64,000 bases of DNA from Escherichia coli (GCF_003334405.1 NZ_QOWM01000004.1), one strand, 5' to 3'. Shown: positions 1-12,699, counted from the stretch's first letter. The notes: generated from the letters alone by a model not told the origin. A program made the numbers and translations.

Positions 1-1
1 C

Positions 2-1636
2 GATCCGCGCTATACCGACACCGGTGCCGGGCGCGAAGATGAGTGGATCCCTATTCGTCCGGGAACAGATGCCGCACTGGTTAACGGTCTGGCGTACGTC
101 ATGATCACTGAAAACCTGGTGGATCAGGCATTCCTCGATAAATATTGCGTTGGCTACGATGAGAAAACCCTGCCAGCCAGTGCGCCGAAAAATGGCCACT
201 ATAAAGCTTATATTCTGGGTGAAGGGCCAGATGGCGTGGCTAAAACGCCGGAATGGGCCTCGCAAATCACTGGTGTTCCGGCAGACAAAATCATCAAATT
301 GGCTCGTGAAATCGGTAGTACCAAACCGGCGTTTATCAGCCAGGGATGGGGCCCGCAGCGTCACGCTAACGGTGAAATCGCAACCCGTGCTATCTCGATG
401 CTGGCGATTCTGACCGGTAACGTTGGTATTAACGGAGGCAACAGCGGCGCGCGTGAAGGTTCATACAGCTTACCGTTTGTCCGTATGCCGACCTTGGAAA
501 ACCCGATCCAGACCAGCATTTCGATGTTTATGTGGACCGATGCCATTGAACGTGGCCCGGAAATGACGGCGCTGCGTGATGGTGTACGCGGGAAAGATAA
601 GCTGGATGTGCCGATCAAAATGATCTGGAACTATGCCGGTAACTGCCTGATTAACCAGCATTCTGAAATCAACCGTACCCATGAAATCCTTCAGGATGAT
701 AAGAAGTGCGAGCTGATTGTGGTTATCGACTGCCACATGACCTCATCGGCGAAATATGCTGACATCCTGCTGCCTGACTGCACCGCTTCCGAACAGATGG
801 ACTTTGCGCTGGATGCATCCTGCGGGAATATGTCTTACGTGATTTTCAACGATCAGGTGATTAAACCGCGCTTTGAATGTAAGACCATCTATGAAATGAC
901 CAGCGAACTGGCAAAACGTCTTGGCGTTGAGCAACAGTTTACTGAAGGCCGTACCCAGGAAGAGTGGATGCGGCATCTGTATGCCCAGTCGCGGGAAGCG
1001 ATTCCTGAACTGCCAACGTTTGAAGAGTTCCGCAAGCAGGGGATCTTTAAAAAGCGCGACCCACAAGGGCATCACGTTGCTTATAAAGCCTTCCGTGAAG
1101 ATCCGCAGGCAAACCCACTGACTACGCCATCGGGCAAAATTGAGATTTATTCGCAGGCGCTGGCTGACATTGCCGCTACCTGGGAATTGCCTGAAGGCGA
1201 TGTGATCGATCCACTGCCGATCTACACGCCGGGCTTTGAAAGTTATCAGGATCCGCTGAACAAACAGTATCCGCTGCAGCTTACAGGTTTCCACTATAAA
1301 TCTCGCGTTCACTCAACTTACGGCAACGTTGATGTGCTGAAAGCGGCTTGCCGTCAGGAAATGTGGATCAACCCGCTTGATGCCCAAAAACGCGGTATCC
1401 ACAACGGCGATAAAGTCAGGATCTTTAACGATCGTGGTGAGGTTCATATTGAGGCGAAAGTGACGCCACGAATGATGCCGGGTGTGGTCGCACTGGGTGA
1501 AGGTGCCTGGTATGACCCGGATGCAAAACGTGTCGATAAGGGTGGTTGTATTAACGTACTGACCACTCAACGTCCGTCTCCTCTCGCTAAGGGGAATCCG
1601 TCACATACAAACCTTGTTCAGGTTGAAAAGGTGTAA
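2..1636 (+). CDS. dmsA: DMSO reductase catalytic subunit DmsA, C-terminal about 545 codons (5'-truncated by window edge)
   Basis: Frame is open from nt 2 with no stop before the track ORF 101..1636; translation DPRYTDTGAGREDEWIPIRPG...MITENLVDQAF... is a molybdopterin oxidoreductase; immediately followed by dmsB and dmsC. Confidence 0.9.
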   Translation, partial: DPRYTDTGAGREDEWIPIRPGTDAALVNGLAYVMITENLVDQAFLDKYCVGYDEKTLPASAPKNGHYKAYILGEGPDGVAKTPEWASQITGVPADKIIKLAREIGSTKPAFISQGWGPQRHANGEIATRAISMLAILTGNVGINGGNSGAREGSYSLPFVRMPTLENPIQTSISMFMWTDAIERGPEMTALRDGVRGKDKLDVPIKMIWNYAGNCLINQHSEINRTHEILQDDKKCELIVVIDCHMTSSAKYADILLPDCTASEQMDFALDASCGNMSYVIFNDQVIKPRFECKTIYEMTSELAKRLGVEQQFTEGRTQEEWMRHLYAQSREAIPELPTFEEFRKQGIFKKRDPQGHHVAYKAFREDPQANPLTTPSGKIEIYSQALADIAATWELPEGDVIDPLPIYTPGFESYQDPLNKQYPLQLTGFHYKSRVHSTYGNVDVLKAACRQEMWINPLDAQKRGIHNGDKVRIFNDRGEVHIEAKVTPRMMPGVVALGEGAWYDPDAKRVDKGGCINVLTTQRPSPLAKGNPSHTNLVQVEKV

Positions 1637-1646
1637 GGAGTAACCG

Positions 1647-2264
1647 ATGACAACCCAGTATGGATTTTTTATTGATTCCAGCCGTTGCACCGGTTGCAAA
1701 ACCTGCGAGCTGGCCTGTAAAGACTACAAAGATTTGACGCCAGAAGTCAGCTTCCGCCGCATTTATGAATATGCTGGCGGCGACTGGCAGGAAGATAACG
1801 GTGTCTGGCACCAGAACGTGTTTGCCTACTATCTGTCGATTTCATGTAACCACTGCGAAGATCCGGCTTGTACTAAAGTCTGCCCGAGCGGTGCGATGCA
1901 TAAACGTGAAGATGGTTTTGTTGTGGTCGATGAAGATGTGTGCATTGGCTGCCGCTACTGCCATATGGCTTGCCCGTATGGCGCACCGCAATATAACGAA
2001 ACGAAAGGCCATATGACCAAATGCGATGGTTGTTATGACCGTGTTGCGGAGGGTAAAAAGCCGATCTGTGTTGAATCTTGTCCGCTGCGGGCGCTGGATT
2101 TCGGCCCTATCGACGAGCTGCGTAAAAAACATGGCGATCTGGCGGCCGTTGCGCCGTTGCCGCGAGCTCACTTTACCAAACCGAATATTGTGATCAAACC
2201 CAATGCCAATAGCCGCCCGACCGGGGATACCACTGGCTATCTGGCAAACCCGAAGGAGGTGTGA
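1647..2264 (+). CDS. dmsB: DMSO reductase iron-sulfur subunit DmsB
   Basis: ORF 205 aa, MTTQYGFFIDSSRCTGCKTCELACKD; multiple CxxCxxCxxxCP ferredoxin motifs; length matches E. coli DmsB. Confidence 0.95.
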   Translation: MTTQYGFFIDSSRCTGCKTCELACKDYKDLTPEVSFRRIYEYAGGDWQEDNGVWHQNVFAYYLSISCNHCEDPACTKVCPSGAMHKREDGFVVVDEDVCIGCRYCHMACPYGAPQYNETKGHMTKCDGCYDRVAEGKKPICVESCPLRALDFGPIDELRKKHGDLAAVAPLPRAHFTKPNIVIKPNANSRPTGDTTGYLANPKEV

Positions 2265-2265
2265 G

Positions 2266-3129
2266 ATGGGAAGTGGATGGCATGAATGGCCGCTGATGAT
2301 CTTCACGGTCTTCGGGCAATGTGTAGCAGGTGGTTTTATCGTTCTGGCTTTGGCGCTGCTCAAAGGCGACCTGCGAGCAGAAGCCCAGCAGCGTGTTATC
2401 GCCTGCATGTTTGGTTTATGGGTGCTGATGGGCATTGGCTTTATCGCCTCTATGCTCCATCTTGGTTCACCAATGCGCGCTTTTAACTCGCTCAACCGGG
2501 TAGGGGCTTCAGCACTCAGTAACGAAATCGCCAGCGGTTCGATCTTTTTTGCCGTAGGCGGCATCGGCTGGTTGCTGGCAATGCTGAAAAAGCTGTCACC
2601 GGCATTGCGTACGCTGTGGCTGATAGTGACGATGGTTCTTGGCGTCATCTTTGTCTGGATGATGGTGCGTGTGTATAACAGCATTGATACCGTTCCGACC
2701 TGGTACAGCATCTGGACGCCGATGGGCTTCTTCCTGACGATGTTTATGGGCGGCCCGTTACTGGGTTACCTGTTGTTGAGTCTGGCTGGCGTCGATGGCT
2801 GGGCGATGCGTCTGCTGCCAGCAATTTCTGTACTGGCACTGGTAGTGAGTGGCGTGGTGTCAGTGATGCAGGGCGCAGAGCTGGCGACTATTCATAGTTC
2901 TGTGCAGCAGGCCGCAGCGCTGGTGCCGGACTATGGTGCGCTGATGTCCTGGCGGATCGTGCTTTTGGCCGTTGCCCTGTGCTTGTGGATTGCACCACAG
3001 CTAAAAGGTTATCAGCCTGCGGTTCCGCTACTTTCTGTATCATTCATTCTGCTTCTGGCAGGGGAATTAATCGGTCGCGGCGTATTCTATGGTTTGCATA
3101 TGACCGTGGGGATGGCCGTCGCAAGCTAA
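2266..3129 (+). CDS. dmsC: DMSO reductase membrane anchor subunit DmsC
   Basis: ATG at 2266 one nt after the dmsB stop (RBS aaggagg upstream); 287 aa hydrophobic protein MGSGWHEWPLMIF...; track ORF 2203 start is an in-frame extension overlapping dmsB. Confidence 0.9.
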   Translation: MGSGWHEWPLMIFTVFGQCVAGGFIVLALALLKGDLRAEAQQRVIACMFGLWVLMGIGFIASMLHLGSPMRAFNSLNRVGASALSNEIASGSIFFAVGGIGWLLAMLKKLSPALRTLWLIVTMVLGVIFVWMMVRVYNSIDTVPTWYSIWTPMGFFLTMFMGGPLLGYLLLSLAGVDGWAMRLLPAISVLALVVSGVVSVMQGAELATIHSSVQQAAALVPDYGALMSWRIVLLAVALCLWIAPQLKGYQPAVPLLSVSFILLLAGELIGRGVFYGLHMTVGMAVAS

Positions 3130-3136
3130 TCATAAC

Positions 3137-3170
3137 AACCGGGGTTTCGGCCCCGGTTCTCTTTTATTTC
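3137..3170 (+). terminator. Rho-independent terminator after dmsC, overlapping the convergent ycaC stop
   Basis: 8-bp stem aaccgggg/ccccggtt with loop tttcgg (3137..3158), followed by ctcttttatttc. Confidence 0.6.
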
Positions 3171-3790
3171 TGCTTCGTTAACGTGTCATAACTGGTCATC
3201 AAATTACGATAATCAGGAATGTGGTTAGAGAACAACGTCGCCAGTCCTTCAATATCATTACGCCAGTCGCGATGCAGCTCGCACGCCACGCCGAACCATG
3301 TCATCAATTGCGCACCAGCTTGCGACAAGCGATCCCATGCCGAATGCCGGGTAATTTCATTAAAGGTCCCTGACGCGTCAGTCACGACAAAGACGTCAAA
3401 CCCTTCTTCAATGGCTGAAAGCGCCGGGAATGCCACGCAAACTTCGGTTACCACACCGGCAATAATTAACTGTTTTTTACCTGTCGCTTTGACAGCTTTT
3501 ACAAAATCTTCGTTATCCCAGGCGTTAATATTTCCCGGGCGAGCAATGTAAGGTGTATCGGGGAATTGTGCTTTCAGTTCTGGAACTAATGGGCCGTTAG
3601 GACCGGTTTCAAAACTGGTGGTAAGAATAGTTGGTAAGTTGAAATACTTAGCCAGGTCACCCAGCGCCAGCACGTTATTTTTAAACTTATCGGGTTCGAT
3701 ATCCCGTACAAGGGAAAGTAAACCAGCCTGGTGATCAACAAGCAAAACGGCAGCATCATTTTTATCAAGACGAACATACGGTTTGGTCAT
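3164..3790 (-). CDS. ycaC: isochorismatase-family hydrolase YcaC
   Basis: ORF 208 aa, MTKPYVRLDKNDAAVLLVDHQAGL...; length and sequence match E. coli YcaC. Confidence 0.9.
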   Translation of the reverse strand: MTKPYVRLDKNDAAVLLVDHQAGLLSLVRDIEPDKFKNNVLALGDLAKYFNLPTILTTSFETGPNGPLVPELKAQFPDTPYIARPGNINAWDNEDFVKAVKATGKKQLIIAGVVTEVCVAFPALSAIEEGFDVFVVTDASGTFNEITRHSAWDRLSQAGAQLMTWFGVACELHRDWRNDIEGLATLFSNHIPDYRNLMTSYDTLTKQK

Positions 3791-4103
3791 CCTCTTCTCC
3801 TTTCGAGAGTCAGTGGTACGTCTGAAATCGATCAGACGCGATGCATTGCTCTGAAAGCATAGACGGGAAATATGAGTTTGCTGTGACCATGAAATTTTTC
3901 GACTGAACGAAGCGTATGAAATTTGTGTTAGTTCAATAAAAACAATCAGATGAGACTAATCATCTCTTCAGCATTAGCGTTATGAATGAGTAATATAAAT
4001 CGATAATACCGCCGCTGGGATATCGCGTATTTTCACCCATTGACAATGTTTTTGGCGGTGGCATGATGCGCATGAAATTTGAACTTCCTCACGGTTTTAA
4101 TTC

Positions 4104-5252
4104 ATGTCCACGTATACCCAGCCTGTCATGCTTTTGCTGTCTGGCCTGCTTTTGTTGACTCTGGCGATTGCGGTGTTAAATACACTCGTGCCGCTTTGGC
4201 TCGCCCAGGAACACATGTCCACATGGCAGGTAGGCGTTGTCAGCTCATCCTATTTTACCGGCAACCTTGTCGGTACATTGCTGACAGGGTATGTCATTAA
4301 GCGCATTGGCTTTAACCGCAGCTATTATCTGGCCTCCTTCATTTTTGCCGCTGGCTGTGCCGGCCTTGGCCTGATGATTGGATTCTGGAGCTGGTTGGCT
4401 TGGCGTTTTGTCGCGGGCGTCGGCTGTGCCATGATTTGGGTGGTTGTTGAGAGCGCGCTGATGTGCAGTGGGACGTCACGTAACCGTGGGCGTTTGCTTG
4501 CTGCGTATATGATGGTTTATTACGTGGGAACGTTTTTAGGCCAGTTACTGGTCAGCAAAGTTTCAACCGAGCTGATGTCCGTATTGCCGTGGGTTACAGG
4601 TTTGACGTTGGCAGGGATCTTACCGCTGTTGTTTACGCGTGTGCTGAATCAGCAGGCTGAAAACCATGATTCGACGTCAATTACGTCAATGCTAAAACTC
4701 CGTCAGGCGCGGCTTGGCGTGAATGGCTGCATTATCTCAGGAATCGTTCTGGGATCTCTATATGGCCTGATGCCGCTGTACCTCAATCACAAAGGGGTGA
4801 GCAATGCCAGCATTGGTTTCTGGATGGCGGTACTGGTCAGTGCGGGTATCCTTGGACAATGGCCGATTGGACGTCTGGCGGATAAGTTTGGTCGACTGCT
4901 GGTGTTGCGTGTTCAGGTCTTTGTCGTCATTCTCGGCAGTATCGCGATGCTTAGCCAGGCGGCGATGGCCCCAGCGTTATTCATCCTCGGTGCCGCTGGC
5001 TTTACGCTATATCCGGTGGCGATGGCATGGGCTTGCGAGAAAGTTGAACATCATCAACTGGTGGCGATGAACCAGGCCTTACTGTTGAGCTATACTGTGG
5101 GAAGTCTGCTTGGCCCGTCATTTACCGCTATGCTAATGCAGAATTTCTCCGATAATTTATTGTTTATCATGATCGCCAGCGTATCGTTTATCTATTTGCT
5201 GATGCTGCTGCGCAACGCCGGTCATACGCCGAAACCCGTTGCTCACGTGTAA
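4104..5252 (+). CDS. ycaD: MFS-family transporter YcaD
   Basis: ORF 382 aa, polytopic membrane protein [35 protein letters not shown]...; matches YcaD length. Confidence 0.9.
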   Translation: MSTYTQPVMLLLSGLLLLTLAIAVLNTLVPLWLAQEHMSTWQVGVVSSSYFTGNLVGTLLTGYVIKRIGFNRSYYLASFIFAAGCAGLGLMIGFWSWLAWRFVAGVGCAMIWVVVESALMCSGTSRNRGRLLAAYMMVYYVGTFLGQLLVSKVSTELMSVLPWVTGLTLAGILPLLFTRVLNQQAENHDSTSITSMLKLRQARLGVNGCIISGIVLGSLYGLMPLYLNHKGVSNASIGFWMAVLVSAGILGQWPIGRLADKFGRLLVLRVQVFVVILGSIAMLSQAAMAPALFILGAAGFTLYPVAMAWACEKVEHHQLVAMNQALLLSYTVGSLLGPSFTAMLMQNFSDNLLFIMIASVSFIYLLMLLRNAGHTPKPVAHV

Positions 5253-5260
5253 ATGAATTC

Positions 5261-5304
5261 AAGCAGAGTGTGAACTTACTGTTTCACACTCTGCTTTTTT
5301 GTTT
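5261..5304 (+). terminator. Rho-independent terminator of ycaD
   Basis: 14-bp perfect stem aagcagagtgtgaa / ttcacactctgctt followed by tttttgttt. Confidence 0.75.
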
Positions 5305-5461
5305 CTTCTATCTGACTTGCTTTATTCCAAATTTTATTCGTTTAAAAATAAAATGTGCAGCAGGTTATAATTTTGCATTTCGCTATTTCCGCACTTCTTA
5401 TTTGCCGCGCATAATCCCTCGTTTTACAGATGCCCCTTTAATTTTGGCGAAGGATTTGTCT

Positions 5462-6892
5462 ATGGCTGGGAATGTTCAGGAAAAACAGTTGCGATGGTAC
5501 AACATTGCGCTGATGTCTTTTATCACTGTCTGGGGTTTTGGCAACGTTGTTAATAACTATGCCAACCAGGGGCTGGTGGTTGTTTTTTCATGGGTGTTTA
5601 TCTTTGCACTCTATTTCACACCTTATGCGCTAATTGTTGGTCAGTTAGGCTCGACCTTCAAAGATGGGAAGGGCGGGGTCAGTACCTGGATTAAACACAC
5701 GATGGGACCCGGACTGGCTTATCTCGCCGCGTGGACCTACTGGGTGGTGCATATTCCCTATCTGGCACAAAAACCCCAGGCAATTCTGATTGCGCTCGGT
5801 TGGGCGATGAAAGGCGACGGTTCGCTAATCAAAGAATATTCAGTCGTAGCGTTACAGGGGTTAACGCTGGTGCTGTTTATCTTCTTTATGTGGGTTGCTT
5901 CACGCGGTATGAAATCGCTGAAAATCGTCGGTTCTGTGGCAGGGATTGCTATGTTTGTTATGTCGCTCCTGTATGTGGCGATGGCGGTAACCGCGCCTGC
6001 AATTACTGAAGTGCATATTGCGACCACAAACATTACCTGGGAAACGTTCATTCCTCATATCGACTTTACCTACATTACCACTATTTCAATGCTGGTTTTC
6101 GCGGTTGGCGGAGCAGAGAAGATTTCTCCTTACGTTAATCAAACGCGCAACCCAGGAAAAGAATTTCCAAAAGGGATGTTATGCCTGGCGGTGATGGTTG
6201 CGGTTTGTGCCATTCTGGGCTCGCTGGCGATGGGGATGATGTTTGATTCGCGTAATATCCCGGATGACTTAATGACCAACGGTCAGTATTACGCCTTTCA
6301 GAAGCTGGGCGAGTATTACAACATGGGTAATACTTTAATGGTGATTTACGCCATTGCGAATACCCTGGGACAAGTAGCGGCGCTGGTATTCTCGATTGAT
6401 GCCCCGCTTAAAGTGCTATTAGGTGATGCTGACAGCAAATATATTCCAGCCAGTTTATGTCGTACCAACGCTTCTGGTACGCCCGTTAATGGCTATTTTC
6501 TGACCCTGGTACTGGTGGCGATTCTGATTATGCTGCCGACTCTCGGCATTGGTGATATGAACAATCTCTATAAATGGCTGTTGAACCTTAATTCGGTAGT
6601 GATGCCGCTGCGTTATTTATGGGTATTTGTTGCATTTATTGCAGTCGTTCGCTTGGCGCAGAAATATAAACCAGAATATGTCTTTATTCGTAATAAGCCT
6701 CTGGCAATGACCGTCGGGATTTGGTGTTTTGCCTTTACCGCCTTTGCCTGTTTGACGGGGATCTTCCCGAAAATGGAAGCCTTCACTGCAGAGTGGACCT
6801 TCCAGTTGGCGCTGAATGTTGCAACGCCGTTTGTGCTGGTAGGATTAGGACTGATATTCCCGCTGCTGGCGCGTAAAGCGAATAGTAAATAA
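5462..6892 (+). CDS. ycaM: putative APC-family transporter YcaM
   Basis: ATG at 5462 gives 476 aa (MAGNVQEKQLRWYNIALMSF...), the length I recall for YcaM; the track ORF from 5270 runs through the ycaD terminator and is an over-extension. Confidence 0.85.
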   Translation: MAGNVQEKQLRWYNIALMSFITVWGFGNVVNNYANQGLVVVFSWVFIFALYFTPYALIVGQLGSTFKDGKGGVSTWIKHTMGPGLAYLAAWTYWVVHIPYLAQKPQAILIALGWAMKGDGSLIKEYSVVALQGLTLVLFIFFMWVASRGMKSLKIVGSVAGIAMFVMSLLYVAMAVTAPAITEVHIATTNITWETFIPHIDFTYITTISMLVFAVGGAEKISPYVNQTRNPGKEFPKGMLCLAVMVAVCAILGSLAMGMMFDSRNIPDDLMTNGQYYAFQKLGEYYNMGNTLMVIYAIANTLGQVAALVFSIDAPLKVLLGDADSKYIPASLCRTNASGTPVNGYFLTLVLVAILIMLPTLGIGDMNNLYKWLLNLNSVVMPLRYLWVFVAFIAVVRLAQKYKPEYVFIRNKPLAMTVGIWCFAFTAFACLTGIFPKMEAFTAEWTFQLALNVATPFVLVGLGLIFPLLARKANSK

Positions 6893-7801
6893 TTATTGTG
6901 GTCGGTGACGCTGACTCTGGCAGATCTGACCCGTTTTTACATAATCGAGAAATGCGCGCAAGCCGCAGGACATATACTGGCGGTTTGGATAATAGATCTG
7001 GAAGCCTGGACGCTCTGTGCTCCAGTCTTCCAGTACACATTCTAAACGACCAGTATCAAGGTACTCCTTGATCTGTTCATAGAGCAGATACCCGATACCA
7101 GCACCCATCAAAACGGCCTCCAGTTCAGCATCAACATCATCCAGAATGATATTTCCTGCGACAGCAATTTCCAGCTCCTTTGCAAATTGCCAGTGGAAAG
7201 GTTTGCCGCTGGGATAACGAAAAACAACACATTGATGATTAAGCAGATCATGAGGATGGCGGGGTTTGCCATATCTTGCAAAGTACTCTGGCGTTGCTGC
7301 TACACATAATTTCACTGGCGGGCCGATCGCCACGCTGATCATATCTTTTTCGACGATGCAACTAAGTCGAACGCCAGCGTCAAAGCCCTGTTGGACGATA
7401 TCGACAAGAGAGTCGTCAGTTGTGAGCTCGACTTTAATATCAGGATATTCACGTGTGAAACCAACCAGTAAAGACATTAAAAATATACGTGCAGCTACCC
7501 GGGCGGCATTGATTTTGAGCGTTCCTGTCGGTGTCAGACGAAAATCATTCATCTCATCTAACATGATCTGAATTTCGTCGAAAGCTGGGCGCAATCGTTC
7601 ATAGAGATTAGAACCCGCTTCCGTTAACGATACGCTTCGGGTTGTCCGATTGAATAAGCGAATTTTAAGACGTTGTTCCAGTGTTTTAATACTATGGCTA
7701 ATGGCGGACGAGGATAAGCCTAACTCATCGCCCGCTGCACGAAAGCTTTGATTACGGGCCACGGCAAAGAAAGTGGCAAAGTCAGACATATTCATCCGCA
7801 T
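6893..7801 (-). CDS. ycaN: LysR-family transcriptional regulator YcaN
   Basis: ORF 302 aa with N-terminal LysR helix-turn-helix (FRAAGDELGLSSSAISHSIKTLEQRL); divergent from ycaK. Confidence 0.9.
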   Translation of the reverse strand: MRMNMSDFATFFAVARNQSFRAAGDELGLSSSAISHSIKTLEQRLKIRLFNRTTRSVSLTEAGSNLYERLRPAFDEIQIMLDEMNDFRLTPTGTLKINAARVAARIFLMSLLVGFTREYPDIKVELTTDDSLVDIVQQGFDAGVRLSCIVEKDMISVAIGPPVKLCVAATPEYFARYGKPRHPHDLLNHQCVVFRYPSGKPFHWQFAKELEIAVAGNIILDDVDAELEAVLMGAGIGYLLYEQIKEYLDTGRLECVLEDWSTERPGFQIYYPNRQYMSCGLRAFLDYVKTGQICQSQRHRPQ

Positions 7802-7824
7802 TAGTGAAAATCCTTCATTAACTC

Positions 7825-7850
7825 ATCCTGAATCATCACGTTTACAGGAT
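7825..7850. promoter_or_regulatory. inverted repeat in the ycaN-ycaK divergent intergenic region (candidate LysR-type operator)
   Basis: ATCCTG-N14-CAGGAT perfect 6-bp arms between the divergently transcribed LysR regulator ycaN and ycaK. Confidence 0.3.
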
Positions 7851-7900
7851 TATGCCGCCTGCGTAAAGTGCGCTCCAGAACTTAACGTGGAGGTAAAATT

Positions 7901-8491
7901 ATGCAGTCTGAACGTATTTATTTGGTATGGGCCCATCCTCGTCATGATTCATTGACCGCACATATTGCTGATGCGATCCATCAGCGGGCAATGGAGCGGA
8001 AAATACAGGTGACGGAACTCGATTTATATCGGCGTAATTTCAACCCAGTGATGACGCCGGAAGATGAACCAGACTGGAAGAATATGGATAAACGTTATTC
8101 TCCAGAGGTTCATCAGCTTTATTCAGAGCTGCTTGAACATGACACGTTAGTGGTGGTTTTTCCTCTCTGGTGGTACAGCTTCCCGGCAATGCTAAAAGGA
8201 TATATTGACAGAGTATGGAATAATGGGCTGGCTTATGGAGATGGGCACAAATTACCATTCAATAAAGTTCGTTGGGTGGCGCTGGTTGGAGGAGACAAAG
8301 AATCATTTGTCCAGATGGGCTGGGAAAAAAATATAAGCGATTATTTAAAAAATATGTGCAGTTATCTTGGTATTGAAGATGCCGATGTCACTTTCTTGTG
8401 TAATACAGTGGTATTCGATGGGGAAGAACTTCACGCGAGCTATTATCAGTCGTTATTATCTCAGGTACGGGATATGGTAGATGCACTATAA
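7901..8491 (+). CDS. ycaK: flavodoxin-like NAD(P)H dehydrogenase (quinone) family protein YcaK
   Basis: ORF 196 aa, MQSERIYLVWAHPRHDSLTAHIADAIHQRA...; matches YcaK. Confidence 0.9.
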   Translation: MQSERIYLVWAHPRHDSLTAHIADAIHQRAMERKIQVTELDLYRRNFNPVMTPEDEPDWKNMDKRYSPEVHQLYSELLEHDTLVVVFPLWWYSFPAMLKGYIDRVWNNGLAYGDGHKLPFNKVRWVALVGGDKESFVQMGWEKNISDYLKNMCSYLGIEDADVTFLCNTVVFDGEELHASYYQSLLSQVRDMVDAL

Positions 8492-8530
8492 GATGTGTTA
8501 AAAACGCTGTAGCAGAATGAAGCGCGGAAT

Positions 8531-8563
8531 AAAAAAGCGGCAACTCAATAAAGTTGCCGCTTT
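8531..8563 (-). terminator. Rho-independent terminator of pflA (minus-strand polarity)
   Basis: 8-bp stem gcggcaac / gttgccgc (8537..8560); plus-strand A6 at 8531..8536 gives a U-tract on the minus-strand transcript. Confidence 0.6.
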
Positions 8564-8572
8564 ACGGGGAAA

Positions 8573-9313
8573 TTAGAACATTACCTTATGACCGTACTGC
8601 TCAAGAATGCCTTTCACGCGTTCCATGGTCTCTTTCTTCGGTGGTTTAACACCGTCGAGTTTGTACTCTTCACCCATTGCCACCCATTTGTGTTTGCCCA
8701 GCTCGTGGTAGGGGAGAAGCTCGATTTTCTCAACGTTGCCCATATCACGGGTAAATTCACCGAGGCGATGCGCTGAATCGTCATCGTCAGACCAGCCTGG
8801 GACAACAACGTAGCGGATCCACACCTTCACATTTTTGTTCGCCAGATATTTAGCGAACTCCAGCGTGCGGTGGTTGGAAACTCCAACCAGATTTTGGTGG
8901 ATCTCGTCGTTCATCTGTTTGAGATCGAGCATTACCAGGTCGGTTACTTCCAGCAGTTCATCAATCACCGGATCGTAACGACGAACAAAACCGTTGGTGT
9001 CCAGACAGGTATGAATGCCTTCTTTTTTGCAGGCGCGGAACCAGTCACGAACAAACTCAGCTTGCAGGATTGCTTCACCGCCGGATGCGGTAACGCCGCC
9101 GCCGGAAGCGTTCATAAAGTGGCGATAGGTCACCACTTCCTTCATCAAATCTTCAACGGTAACTTCTTTACCGCCATGCGTGTCCCAGGTGTCGCGGTTA
9201 TGACAATACAGGCAGCGCATCAGGCAGCCCTGGAAAAAGGTGATAAAGCGAATACCTGGGCCGTCTACGGTTCCACAGGATTCAAAGGAGTGAATGCGAC
9301 CAATAACTGACAT
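8573..9313 (-). CDS. pflA: pyruvate formate-lyase activating enzyme (radical SAM)
   Basis: ATG (cat on plus) at 9311..9313 gives 246 aa [39 protein letters not shown] with the CxxxCxxC radical-SAM motif; track ORF adds 9 spurious N-terminal codons. Confidence 0.95.
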   Translation of the reverse strand: MSVIGRIHSFESCGTVDGPGIRFITFFQGCLMRCLYCHNRDTWDTHGGKEVTVEDLMKEVVTYRHFMNASGGGVTASGGEAILQAEFVRDWFRACKKEGIHTCLDTNGFVRRYDPVIDELLEVTDLVMLDLKQMNDEIHQNLVGVSNHRTLEFAKYLANKNVKVWIRYVVVPGWSDDDDSAHRLGEFTRDMGNVEKIELLPYHELGKHKWVAMGEEYKLDGVKPPKKETMERVKGILEQYGHKVMF

Positions 9314-9436
9314 TGCGGTGTTTCTCCAGATGTGGCCCATCTGAGGCCGTGTTGGTGCGCAGCTCGAAGGCTACGTCGAGTCTGTTTTGGCAGTCACCTT
9401 AAAGTATAGATAGCTGACAAAAAAGGCTCTCGCGCT

Positions 9437-9462
9437 AAAAAAGGCCCCACTTTCGTGGAGCC
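9437..9462 (-). terminator. Rho-independent terminator of pflB
   Basis: Stem ggccccac / gtggagcc (one G-U pair in RNA) at 9443..9462, preceded on plus by A6 (U-tract on minus). Confidence 0.55.
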
Positions 9463-9504
9463 TTTATTGTACGCTTTTTACTGTACGATTTCAGTCAAAT
9501 CTAA

Positions 9505-11787
<2,283 letters not shown>

Positions 11788-11841
11788 GTAACACCTACCT
11801 TCTTAAGTGGATTTTTTATTTACTGCGTACTTCGACAACCA

Positions 11842-12699
11842 TTAATGGTGGTCGTTTTCACGCAGGTAAATGACCCAGTATGTCAACCCAACCAACAAAC
11901 CACCACCGATAATGTTGCCGATCGTAACCGGAATCAGGTTATCAGTGATGAAATTCATCACGGTCAGGTGAGAAAAATTTTCCGGTGCAGAACCGACTGC
12001 GGTCCAAAATTCCGGGGATGCGAAGTCGCGGATTACAATACCCATCGGGATCATAAACATGTTTGCGATACTGTGCTCAAAACCGCTGGCAACAAACATC
12101 GCGACCGGCAGCACCATAATGAACGCTTTGTCCATCAGGCTGCGGCCAGAATAACTCATCCATACTGCCAGACATACCATCAGGTTTGCCAGGATACCAA
12201 GACAGACGGCCTCAATAAAAGTATGGTGCACTTTGTGGTCGGCGGTTTGTAGGACGTTTAGTCCCCATTGACCATTTGCGGTCATATACTCGCCGGAAAG
12301 CCACATTAAAAGTACAAACAGCAGTGCGCCGACCAGGTTGCCAAAATAGACATTTAGCCAGTTTTTCGCCAACTGACCCCAGGTGATGCGCCCACTCGCC
12401 TTAGCAACAACAATCAACACGGTGGAAGTAAAGAGATCGGCTCCGCAGACAACACAAAGAATCAGCCCCAGAGAGAAGCAAATGCCGCCAACCAGTTTTG
12501 CCATGCCGAAGGGCATTGTGCCTGTGCCAGTGGTTGCTGTGATATAGAAGACGAATGCGATTGAGATGAAAACACCGGCGGTAATCGCCAGATAGAAAGT
12601 CTTAAGCGGATGTTTCGTTGCTTTATAGACACCCGCCTCTTCGGCCACTTTGGCCATTGCAGCAGGAAGTAAAAGATCAAAAGGGTTGTCAGCTTTCAC
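11842..12699 (-). CDS. focA: formate channel FocA
   Basis: 285 aa from a GTG start (cac on plus at 12697..12699), reading MKADNPFDLLLPAAMAKVAEEAGVYKATKHPLKTFYLAIT...; the track ORF from ATG at 12873 is a 58-codon upstream extension into the promoter region. Confidence 0.9.
   Translation of the reverse strand: MKADNPFDLLLPAAMAKVAEEAGVYKATKHPLKTFYLAITAGVFISIAFVFYITATTGTGTMPFGMAKLVGGICFSLGLILCVVCGADLFTSTVLIVVAKASGRITWGQLAKNWLNVYFGNLVGALLFVLLMWLSGEYMTANGQWGLNVLQTADHKVHHTFIEAVCLGILANLMVCLAVWMSYSGRSLMDKAFIMVLPVAMFVASGFEHSIANMFMIPMGIVIRDFASPEFWTAVGSAPENFSHLTVMNFITDNLIPVTIGNIIGGGLLVGLTYWVIYLRENDHH

Noticed and set aside
5270-5461. N-terminal extensions in the ORF track (ycaM from 5270, focA from 12873, asnS from 47257, pncB from 48631, ycaO from 14898, pflA from 9340, and others)
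   Set aside because: The extensions run through terminators or operators, lack RBS support, and give proteins longer than the known orthologues; internal starts that reproduce known lengths and N-termini were used instead.
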